Assembly (NCBI GenBank): GCA_028714495.1 | Contig: JAQTMH010000001.1 | Span: 179,814 to 243,813 of the forward strand | Source of the DNA: Patescibacteria group bacterium | GTDB lineage: Bacteria > Patescibacteriota > Patescibacteriia > JAHIZJ01 | DNA length: 64,000 nt | Direction: 5' to 3' | Shown here: one piece after another, positions 56,150 through 64,000 of the stretch | Numbering within the stretch: position 1 is the stretch's first letter | Layout: each line of letters opens with the position of its first letter | Translations under genes and position numbers: made by a program | The notes under the pieces: model-generated | Database searches by the model: none | What the model was told of the DNA's origin: nothing | Seen by the model: the letters and a program-made list of their open reading frames with translations, nothing else

Positions 56150-57373
56150 TTAGTGGGTAACGGGAACTGACTGATTACTCTTGGGCAGTGCATTTACTTG
56201 TTTATCCGGTCGGGCAATCGGCAGGCTGATATATATGTTCGTACCCTTTTTCAATTCACTTTCCGCCCATACCTTACCGTAATGGCCTTCGACGATCGCT
56301 TTTACGATAAACAAACCCAGACCGCTGCCGTCCGTGTACATGGCCGTGGCATTTTCCGCCCGGGCAAACTTATGAAACAACTTGCCGATCTCTTCCTTCG
56401 GGATGCCAATACCATTATCACTGACACAAACTATGATGTTTTCCCGTTCCTTCTTAACCGTAACCCTGACTACGCCTTTTTGCTGGCGTGTTGCTCTAGC
56501 CTCTTTGACCATCGCGGTGGACGGCGTGTATTTCAGCGCGTTACTAATCAAATTGTACACCGCTTGTTCCAAATACTTCGCTTCCCCCCGTATCATTGGC
56601 AGAGGCCTCTTCGGCTTCTGCCATCGCAGATCGATTTCCCGCTGTTTGGCTTCCAGCCGTGAGTTTTTCACTGCCTCATCTACTACGTCTTCCATGTGGA
56701 TAACGAGCGAATCCGTTTTGATGGAGAATTTATTGGCATCAAATTCCGAAGCGCAAAGAATGTCATTGATGATCATTTCCAGCTTTGTGCTTTTGTCCCT
56801 AACGCCTTGGAGGAATTCCCGCTGTTTGGCCTTGGGCAGGTCGTCCATATCTCCGTCCAGAATCATCGAAATCACTCCTTTGATGACCGACACGGGGGTG
56901 CGCAGCTGGTGGGAAGAGATATCGAGAAACTCCGATTGGGTACGAAGCATTTTTTGGAGATGTTTATTCTTTTCTTTGATGTCTTTGGTTTGGTCGCTGA
57001 CTTTTTGTTTCAAAGTCTCCGTTAATTCTATAAAGGCTTTTTTGGCTTTTCTTTCCGAAAAATTAGCCACAATTATACTTTCCGTGCTCCGGTCAAAATA
57101 ATATCCATAGACAATAATCAACACAAAAAGAGAAATAACCAGCGGTTCTGATATTTTTCTTTCGATCAAAAAGGAAGTGAGCAGCAGCGCGACGACCAAT
57201 ATCGAACTAATAAGCAAAAAGCGGGCGAACAAACATTTTTTGAATGCCAATTCACAATAGCGGCAACGTTTGGTAGGTGGTCCGTTGACGTTATTGGCCA
57301 GCCAACAGTTTTTATTGATATACCCCGCGCAGCCTAATTCCTTGCCAGTTTGCGCCCCTTGATTAGTCCCCAT
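56150..57373 (-). CDS. sensor histidine kinase (two N-terminal TM helices, HisKA + HATPase_c)
   Basis: H-box SSHQLRTPVSVIKG; N/G boxes ...NLISNALKYTP..., DNGIGIP, GSGLGLFIVK. Confidence 0.8.
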   Translation of the reverse strand: MGTNQGAQTGKELGCAGYINKNCWLANNVNGPPTKRCRYCELAFKKCLFARFLLISSILVVALLLTSFLIERKISEPLVISLFVLIIVYGYYFDRSTESIIVANFSERKAKKAFIELTETLKQKVSDQTKDIKEKNKHLQKMLRTQSEFLDISSHQLRTPVSVIKGVISMILDGDMDDLPKAKQREFLQGVRDKSTKLEMIINDILCASEFDANKFSIKTDSLVIHMEDVVDEAVKNSRLEAKQREIDLRWQKPKRPLPMIRGEAKYLEQAVYNLISNALKYTPSTAMVKEARATRQQKGVVRVTVKKERENIIVCVSDNGIGIPKEEIGKLFHKFARAENATAMYTDGSGLGLFIVKAIVEGHYGKVWAESELKKGTNIYISLPIARPDKQVNALPKSNQSVPVTH

Positions 57374-57806
57374 GTGCGCCGCGCTTAGTTAGCTTCTTGA
57401 AAAGCACGTACATAAGAGCGGCCAGACAAACATTGGCAAAACTTGCCAAGAGCGTCAGAAAAGACACCAACAAATCTAAACCCCAGGCAAACGTGGTAGA
57501 TTTGCCGTAATAGAGAAGAACAAACGATATCAGAAAAAGGGTTGCCGTAAATCCGTAGACGAACCTTAGTTCTCCCGGATCTTTTCCGATCGGCGTCTGG
57601 CTATGTTTCAGCACGTTTTTGGAAAACAAACTGTATAATTGATACAGAATGTTAAATTTCATCGAAAACACTCCAAATAAAAACAACAGGCCGGTTATGA
57701 GTACCAGCCAGATATTATGAATCAAGAAAGCGATCAGGGCTAAAAAACCGCACGTGGCCCTGAAAAAGTTCAAGGCGCGATTGTCGTAGATTTCGCATTG
57801 TGACAT
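57363..57806 (-). CDS. hypothetical membrane protein
   Basis: 147 aa, four TM helices. Confidence 0.4.
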   Translation of the reverse strand: MSQCEIYDNRALNFFRATCGFLALIAFLIHNIWLVLITGLLFLFGVFSMKFNILYQLYSLFSKNVLKHSQTPIGKDPGELRFVYGFTATLFLISFVLLYYGKSTTFAWGLDLLVSFLTLLASFANVCLAALMYVLFKKLTKRGAHGD

Positions 57807-57839
57807 GGTGTTTTTTTAAAAAAATTACTTATGTTTATA

Positions 57840-59165
57840 TTAGGGCTGAACACATTTTTTCACGGCGGAACACGCCTTTCTTACGTCCTCAAGGTCGTTA
57901 TAAACGTAAAAACTCAGCCGGCAACTCGCGGCCGGATCTAAACCGTAATAATGGTGCGCTAACGTCGCGCAATGGCAACCGGCCCTGGATTCCACGCCCC
58001 TGGCGCTTAATTCCTCGGCGATGGCAAACGGACTTTTGCCGGCGCAAGTGAAAGCAACCAAGGAGGTTCTGTGCGCTGGGTTTTTGGGACCAAATATACG
58101 CAAAGACGGCAGTTGTTCTAACATCCCCAGAGCCTCTGTTATCAACATAGTCTCGTGTTCTTCTACCGCCTTCATCGCCTCCTCAACGGCCGGCGCTTCC
58201 AGGGCTTTCTTGGTCATGAAATAATTTTTCTTTCCGGGATTTAAACTAAAATCCATGAGCAGTCGTATGGCTTGGGCCGAGAGAATCGTTCCTAAAATAT
58301 TGGGCGTGCCGGCCGTAAATTTCCAGGGAAGCTGGTTATACATTACCTTTTCGGGGCTGACCTGTCCCTCGGCGATCATGTCACCGCCATAGAGAAACGG
58401 CCTCATTTTCTCAAGCAGCTCCTGCCTGGCATATAGAGCACCAACTCCGAAAGGCGCCAGCATTTTATGAAAAGACCAAACAAAAAAATCAACGTCCAGC
58501 TGACTGACATTTACAAACATATTCGGAACAACTTGAGCTCCATCAATCAAGAGGTAAGATTTTTTTTCTCCATTCGGCTGAACATATCCGCTGGCGTCGG
58601 CAATGGCTCTTATTTTTTTCATGGGATTTTTCGTTCCTAAAAAATTCGATGCTCCGACGCAACAAACCAACTTGGTTCTCTCGTCAACCAACGACTTCAA
58701 GTGGTCAAGATCGAGTTCACCCGTTTCTTTATCGAATTTTGCGATTCTGCATTCTACATTAATTCCAAACTTTGGCAGTATTTCTTTGGATAGCGCATAC
58801 CATGGAACATAATTTGAATTATGCTCCATAAATGTCGTCACGACATTGTCCCCGTCTTTGAACTCAGTCATTAAAGAATACATGACTGAATTTATCGCCT
58901 CAGTCGCGTTTCTGTATAAAATAATATTTTTTCTCGACGGAGCGCCGATAAACTGAGCGATGGTATCATAAGAAGACTCAAACTCTTCGGTAGTCAGGAT
59001 CGAAGATTGCGACTGGCCACGATGGACATTGTCATATCGTACGATAAGTTTTTTCAATAAATCAAATAATTGTATCGGGACTTGCGTACTAGCAGCGTTA
59101 TTTGTAAGAATTCTTCCAGATTTTATCGCCGGGAAAAATTTTCTTATCTTTTTGGTTTCGATCAT
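57840..59165 (-). CDS. class V aminotransferase / cysteine desulfurase family protein
   Basis: PLP-Lys region SFHKMLAPFGVGALYAR; overall SufS/CsdA-like. Confidence 0.75.
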   Translation of the reverse strand: MIETKKIRKFFPAIKSGRILTNNAASTQVPIQLFDLLKKLIVRYDNVHRGQSQSSILTTEEFESSYDTIAQFIGAPSRKNIILYRNATEAINSVMYSLMTEFKDGDNVVTTFMEHNSNYVPWYALSKEILPKFGINVECRIAKFDKETGELDLDHLKSLVDERTKLVCCVGASNFLGTKNPMKKIRAIADASGYVQPNGEKKSYLLIDGAQVVPNMFVNVSQLDVDFFVWSFHKMLAPFGVGALYARQELLEKMRPFLYGGDMIAEGQVSPEKVMYNQLPWKFTAGTPNILGTILSAQAIRLLMDFSLNPGKKNYFMTKKALEAPAVEEAMKAVEEHETMLITEALGMLEQLPSLRIFGPKNPAHRTSLVAFTCAGKSPFAIAEELSARGVESRAGCHCATLAHHYYGLDPAASCRLSFYVYNDLEDVRKACSAVKKCVQP

Positions 59166-59468
59166 GGGTCGGTTATTTTTTATTCCTTTTTAATACTCTA
59201 AGCAGCTTGATTTTAATACTCCAGAGCTGTCAGTAGTACCTGTTTGCTGACGTTTCAGTTAAAAATCCTCCTAGATTTTCTACCTGATACGATAATTATA
59301 GCACAAAGTTGGCTAATTTTCAAGTCTTTTTCCCATTTTAAAAAATATCCTGCGCGACACAGGAGTCGTGTATGACAAGAAATTAAAAATTTAAATGAAT
59401 AATGAAATTAGTTCCGCGTTGCGGAATACAATAATTCTTCCTTCATAATTCTTAATTCTTCATTGTCT

Positions 59469-60719
59469 TCAATGGGTAGCGCAAGTCATGCAGGGATCAT
59501 AAGCCCGAATCAGTTTTTTAATGCTGGCGTGGCTGGCTGAATCATTGGTCTTGCCTTTTAAGAAAATCTTCAAATCAGCTTCCAGATTTGCCAGCATCTG
59601 GACAGTCGGGGTAATGATATTGCACTGACGGATAATTCCGTTTTTGTCGATTTCATAATAGTGGTAGAGCGTGCCGCGCGGGGCTTCAACCGCGCCCACC
59701 CCTTGGCCGGCTTTGAGTTTGTAGGCCTTGGCCGGCTGGGTCAATTCGCGCCTGGATAGGGGCTTTAAAAGCTTTTGAACTTCTTCAAGCGAGTGCATTA
59801 TCTCAATCAGCTGAGCGTAAATATTGTAGAAGTTGTTATAAATCGGCCGCGGGGGCAGGTATTTCAAGATTGATTTGGCCTTTGGATTCAGATTCTTTTC
59901 ATTCAAATGCAGTCTGGCCAGCGCGCCAACAAAATAACTCTTAGTTTTCCAAAAAGCTCGTTTCGACATTTCATATGGCCGCTGGATTTCCGTGACATCG
60001 TGTTCAAACTTACCGACTGGGATTTTTAAACCCTGGCTGGAAACGATCTGGTCGCCTTGATAAAAAGTGTATTTATGGCTATCCGTCAGAGCGTAAAATT
60101 CAGTCGGCCGGTTAAATTCGGGAAATTTTACTTTCCGATATACCTCTACCAAAGACCTGGCTTGATTGATTACCCGGGGAATGTCTTGAAGGATCTTTTT
60201 TATCTCGGCCTGAGTGGGAAGTTTTGTAAAGCCTCCAACTTTTGTCCTGAGCGGATGAATGCTCCGGCCGCCGAGCGTGGCAATCAGCCGGTTTCCAAAA
60301 TCACGGATTTTTAAGGCGTTAACCGTAGCTTCAGGAAAGCGCTTGCCCAGATCAAAGGCGTGCTTAAGGCCGAAATAATCACCCAAGGCCATAAAATAAG
60401 CGTGGAGGGCGTGACTTTGAATTGTCTGGCCCAATTCCATCACCTCGCGCAAAATAATATTCTGTGGAGAGAGCGTGATGCCCAGGGCGTTCTCCAGGGC
60501 TTTCAGCGAACAAAGGTTGTGCACCACCGGGCAAACTCCGCAAATCCTGGCGGTAATGAGCGGCGCCTCTTCGTAAGAGCGGCCAACTAAAATCGCCTCA
60601 ATCAAGCGGGCGCCTTCGTGAGTTTTTATCTTGGCTGATTTTATATCGCCGTTTTCAAGATCCGCTTCCAGACCGCCGTGGCCTTCGATTTTCGCGATGT
60701 GTTTTATGGTAATTTTCAT
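59469..60719 (-). CDS. NiFe hydrogenase large (catalytic) subunit, group 3-type
   Basis: N-terminal RICGVCPVVH and C-terminal DPCMTCATH metal-binding motifs. Confidence 0.9.
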   Translation of the reverse strand: MKITIKHIAKIEGHGGLEADLENGDIKSAKIKTHEGARLIEAILVGRSYEEAPLITARICGVCPVVHNLCSLKALENALGITLSPQNIILREVMELGQTIQSHALHAYFMALGDYFGLKHAFDLGKRFPEATVNALKIRDFGNRLIATLGGRSIHPLRTKVGGFTKLPTQAEIKKILQDIPRVINQARSLVEVYRKVKFPEFNRPTEFYALTDSHKYTFYQGDQIVSSQGLKIPVGKFEHDVTEIQRPYEMSKRAFWKTKSYFVGALARLHLNEKNLNPKAKSILKYLPPRPIYNNFYNIYAQLIEIMHSLEEVQKLLKPLSRRELTQPAKAYKLKAGQGVGAVEAPRGTLYHYYEIDKNGIIRQCNIITPTVQMLANLEADLKIFLKGKTNDSASHASIKKLIRAYDPCMTCATH

Positions 60720-60728
60720 CTGGCTTGG

Positions 60729-61505
60729 TTATTTAAATTTTTTCGCTTGGTTGGCTTGATCAATAAGCATTTTTTGGACGCCGTAAACCTGGAGGGCGTG
60801 CTTATATTCCTCTCGGCTGGCAAACGATTCAATCTGTCTTTGCAGGCTGTCTAAATTGGGCTCATTCACCGGCCCCCGACAACCCAGGCACTGCTGGCCA
60901 TGGGTGGTACAAATCGCCCGACAGCCGGCCCGAGTCACTGGCCCGAGGCAAATGATTTTTCGCTGCAAAAGACAGCCGGCTTGAACCAAGGGGCATTCAT
61001 AGCAAACCGGCTGGTCCGGAATCAGCGAGAGCTTACCGTCTTTTATGTCCAAAAGGTTTTGAGCGAATTCTTCATTATTTATCGGGCAGCCGGGAATTAT
61101 ATAATCGACTTTTACGTAATGCGCGATTGGAACTATTTCCGGATTTTCAATTTTATCAATCTGGGAATAGACGTATTTTAACTTTTCGTCCTTACTAACG
61201 TAGTTTTTTATTGCCTGGACGCAACCAATATGCGCGCAGTTGCCCAGGGCGATTAAAAACCCCGATTTATCCCGCATTTCTTTGAGCCGCGCCACGTCAT
61301 CGGCGGTAATGGGCGAGCCCTCGACTATGCCAATATCGTAGTGGGGCCTAGCCGGCAAATCTTCGACCAGGCTGAACTCACCTAAATCGTAATGCTTCAA
61401 TATTTCGAGCAGCCTCTCGCCCAAATCCAAAATGGCGAATTGGCAGCCCTCGCAGCAAGTCAGGCTGATTATCCCGATAACAGGTTTTTTGGGAAAGTTT
61501 GGCAT
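60729..61505 (-). CDS. NiFe hydrogenase small subunit
   Basis: ISLTCCEGCQ proximal-cluster motif; further Cys clusters CYECP, CLGPVTRAGC. Confidence 0.85.
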   Translation of the reverse strand: MPNFPKKPVIGIISLTCCEGCQFAILDLGERLLEILKHYDLGEFSLVEDLPARPHYDIGIVEGSPITADDVARLKEMRDKSGFLIALGNCAHIGCVQAIKNYVSKDEKLKYVYSQIDKIENPEIVPIAHYVKVDYIIPGCPINNEEFAQNLLDIKDGKLSLIPDQPVCYECPLVQAGCLLQRKIICLGPVTRAGCRAICTTHGQQCLGCRGPVNEPNLDSLQRQIESFASREEYKHALQVYGVQKMLIDQANQAKKFK

Positions 61506-61506
61506 A

Positions 61507-62238
61507 TTAAATCGTCAGGTTGGCTAATTTTATCGCTTCGCCGGTGTAACGGCTTAGGTTTTTTACCTGTTTCTGAGTCAAAATCTCGCAGGCGAAATTC
61601 CAATGGAAAGAAACCCAGTCTTTGATCTTAGGTTCCTGAATAAAAGTTTTTTCGTCGAATGAGCGCTGGACCGTTTTTAGTCGGGGCGAGCTTAAACGCA
61701 ACCTTCCCTCAGCCATTTCCAGAAAGCGGCTTTTTACAATTAAAGAATCTTTTTGGATCTCCTGAATCTGGCCCCAGCTCACCCGGCAATTATCCATGGT
61801 TTCGAGAGTGTGGGCAAGCGTTGGGTGGCCGGTATGAACAAAAACGTTAAAAACATGAAAAGTGTGATGCGGTTTGGCGCCTAAAGGGATTTTTCCGAGC
61901 AAATATTCCAGCGAGCGGGGACTAATCCTTTTTTTCAGATTCAAGCCTTCGGTCAAATGACGGTAAAGACCTTTCATGGCGGTTTTTTCCAAAAGATCAT
62001 TGCCGATCCAGTAAGCTTCAACCACTTTTTCATCAAATGCGTCCTCAATTAAATTACTATTGGCAATAAACCTCAAATAAGGCCAAAGGTTTTTGAAATT
62101 TACCAGAATATCCTTCAAGCCCTGATCAACCGTGTGGGTGATGCCATAGTCAAAAAGCGTCCGGTCGGCAGACGGTCCGCAATACGCCAGCCGATTGGGC
62201 ATGAAAGCGTAGGTTGTGCACGAAAGAATGCCTGACAT
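61507..62238 (-). CDS. hypothetical protein within hydrogenase cluster
   Basis: 243 aa between small subunit and EamA gene; start/stop tightly abutting neighbours. Confidence 0.4.
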   Translation of the reverse strand: MSGILSCTTYAFMPNRLAYCGPSADRTLFDYGITHTVDQGLKDILVNFKNLWPYLRFIANSNLIEDAFDEKVVEAYWIGNDLLEKTAMKGLYRHLTEGLNLKKRISPRSLEYLLGKIPLGAKPHHTFHVFNVFVHTGHPTLAHTLETMDNCRVSWGQIQEIQKDSLIVKSRFLEMAEGRLRLSSPRLKTVQRSFDEKTFIQEPKIKDWVSFHWNFACEILTQKQVKNLSRYTGEAIKLANLTI

Positions 62239-62241
62239 TGG

Positions 62242-63132
62242 TTAAACCCTTGCCGATTTAATTTGTTTTTGCCTGTTTACAAGGAAGATCAACGCCAGAC
62301 TGGCTAAAACCACAAAATTTCCAGCAGTCTGCGGCCACGAAGGAATTTGCCGGTCTATAACCAGCTGGCAAAATACCGTAATCGGAAAGCCCAAGGCCAA
62401 AATCGAAGTTGCCACAGCGACCGGGATGTACCGAAGGCCGCTATACCAAGTCACCACATAGCCAAAGAGAAAAAGCGACGTGACAATGGTCCACTGGATT
62501 TGCGGCCAAGTCAGATGAGCCAAAGCGGGCAGTTGGTTTGTCATTGTCCAAAATCCGAAAATAATAATCAGGCCGAAAAACATCCTACCCCATGAAGCCA
62601 GGAGAGGAGAAACGCTCCGCAAAACTTTTTTCGCGATAATCTGCTCGCCAGCCCATAGTAGCGTGGCCAGGAGTATCAAACCATCGCCCAGATGCAGCCC
62701 TTGCGGCGCTATTTTAAACATCAGAACCAGACCCACTACTAAGCTGGCCAATCCGAAATATGTCCAGCGGTTAATTTTCTCTTTTAGAAATACCAGGGCC
62801 AATATTGCCACCCAGACAAACATCGTTTTATGAATAAATGCGCCCTGGGCTGCGCTGGTCAAGCTTAAACCCTTGAAAAACAGCAGAAACGGCACGCCGC
62901 CACCCACCAGGCCGAGCAGCAGCAAGCCCAGCCATTGTTGTCTTCGTAATTTTTTTACTTCAGCAAATTTCTTCGTACCGGCAATTGCTAAAACAATAAA
63001 TAATACCACCAAGGCGTTTTTTAGGCCGGTAAAGATATAGGGGTTTGAAACGCTGACGCCGAACTTGTTGAAATAGACTGACAGGCCGGAAATCAGAGCC
63101 GTGGCCAGAATTAATTTGTAGCCTTTATTCAT
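62242..63132 (-). CDS. EamA/DMT-family transporter
   Basis: 10 TM helices in two 5-TM halves. Confidence 0.7.
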   Translation of the reverse strand: MNKGYKLILATALISGLSVYFNKFGVSVSNPYIFTGLKNALVVLFIVLAIAGTKKFAEVKKLRRQQWLGLLLLGLVGGGVPFLLFFKGLSLTSAAQGAFIHKTMFVWVAILALVFLKEKINRWTYFGLASLVVGLVLMFKIAPQGLHLGDGLILLATLLWAGEQIIAKKVLRSVSPLLASWGRMFFGLIIIFGFWTMTNQLPALAHLTWPQIQWTIVTSLFLFGYVVTWYSGLRYIPVAVATSILALGFPITVFCQLVIDRQIPSWPQTAGNFVVLASLALIFLVNRQKQIKSARV

Positions 63133-63319
63133 TTTTAAAAAGTTTTAATATTTTATTCGCTTCGGCCGAGCTAATTTTTTTTATCGCCAGATCGGCATTG
63201 ACCAACACCCAGTCTCCGGGCTTGGCTTTTGGGACTAGAGAGATGTCGATCGTACCAGTGCCAACCTTGGCTTTGTTATCAGCGACCGAGATAATCTTCT
63301 TGGGTACAGTCAGGCACAT
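63125..63319 (-). CDS. hypC: hydrogenase maturation factor HypC
   Basis: MCLTVPKKIISV...; HypC N-terminal MC(L/I)(A/G/T)(I/V)P. Confidence 0.8.
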   Translation of the reverse strand: MCLTVPKKIISVADNKAKVGTGTIDISLVPKAKPGDWVLVNADLAIKKISSAEANKILKLFKNE

Positions 63320-63362
63320 TTTATATCCAATTAGCTAATCAACCAATTAACTAATTAACCAA

Positions 63363-64000
63363 CTAAATCGCTCCCGGAATATCCTTTATCTTATCATAAG
63401 AAAATACCGGGCCATCTTTACAGACATAGAATGAGCCGATCGCGCAATGCTGGCAAACACCGACCGCGCAATCCATCCGGCGTTCAAAAGAAAGGTAAAT
63501 ATCCGTATCGGGAATGCCCAATTTCTTCAAACGCTCCAGCGTGAATCGGTACATGATCGGCGGACCGCAGGCTAAGACACCAACCTTCTCCATTATTTTT
63601 ACCTTATCAAAAAGATTGGTGATCAGGCCAACCTGATGCGGCCACGCGGCCGAAGGCTTGGACGCTATCAGATATAAGTCAATTTTCTTCCGCCAGTTAT
63701 CAAATTCATTGGCAAAAAGCAAATCCCTTTCGCTGGTAACGCCGAAAAATACCTGCAGCTTTTGTTTGGCGCTGGGTTTTTTCAGGTAATCAAGAATCAC
63801 GGTCCGCATGGTGACAAAGCCGCAGCCGCCGCCGATCAGAAGCAAATTCCTGTTGGCCAATTTGTTCATCGGAAAACCATGGCCATAAGGTCCGCGTATT
63901 TGAAGCCGGTCGCCGATTTTCAGTTGGTGGATCCTTTTGGTGACGGCACCGGCCTGACGCACGCAGATTTCTAAGGAACCAGTTTCCAGCGAACTTGAGC
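63363..64000 (-). CDS. hydrogenase gamma subunit, FAD/NAD(P)-binding with 2Fe-2S (PyrK-like); N-terminus beyond window edge
   Basis: LLLIGGGCGFVTMRTVI...CQHCAIGSFYVCKDGPVF; reading frame continues past position 64000. Confidence 0.75.
   Translation of the reverse strand, partial: SSSLETGSLEICVRQAGAVTKRIHQLKIGDRLQIRGPYGHGFPMNKLANRNLLLIGGGCGFVTMRTVILDYLKKPSAKQKLQVFFGVTSERDLLFANEFDNWRKKIDLYLIASKPSAAWPHQVGLITNLFDKVKIMEKVGVLACGPPIMYRFTLERLKKLGIPDTDIYLSFERRMDCAVGVCQHCAIGSFYVCKDGPVFSYDKIKDIPGAI

Overview
This window looks like a small-genome, low-to-moderate G+C bacterium of the Patescibacteria/CPR type. It contains a single 16S rRNA gene that is not linked to a 23S gene, many short genes, and 13 tRNA genes, several of which do not encode CCA. 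A CCA-adding enzyme gene is present in the window. Core genes found include gyrA, rpmF-nusB-rnc, smc, rpsP-khpA-trmD, rplS, rluD, cca, ftsH and rpsA. There is a 2-oxoacid:ferredoxin oxidoreductase pair. There is a cobalamin module: riboswitch, B12-uptake candidates, cobO, class II RNR nrdJ and nrdR. There is a two-component system and a cysteine-desulfurase-like gene. There is a group-3 NiFe hydrogenase cluster with hypC, which runs off the right edge of the window. The window is strongly mosaic. Several visibly G+C-richer patches interrupt the AT-richer backbone (about 1-1000, 4190-4560, 8380-9150, 12150-13900, 14300-18300, 41090-41780, 47400-48540), and most of them abut tRNAs or small repeats. 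The most unusual content is in the RNA and repeat layer. A tRNA-Pro(TGG) is interrupted in its anticodon loop by a 276-nt insertion that itself carries a complete second tRNA-Pro(TGG). A 35-nt palindromic mini-version of that insertion, with the same cccgcccg/cgggcggg termini, sits beside a tRNA 3' half. Many tRNAs are embedded in 10-17 bp leader/trailer helices that extend the acceptor stem. tRNA end-fragments fused to GC hairpins recur next to tRNA-Gly (twice), tRNA-Leu and tRNA-Cys. A roughly 175-bp TIR-bounded MITE-like element occurs twice, and one copy sits between the cobalamin riboswitch aptamer and its regulated genes. Two copies of an AT-rich palindromic element that is rich in gaattcagaatt bracket a G+C-rich pyrF/pyrE-like cassette. 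No CRISPR array, 23S or 5S rRNA was seen.
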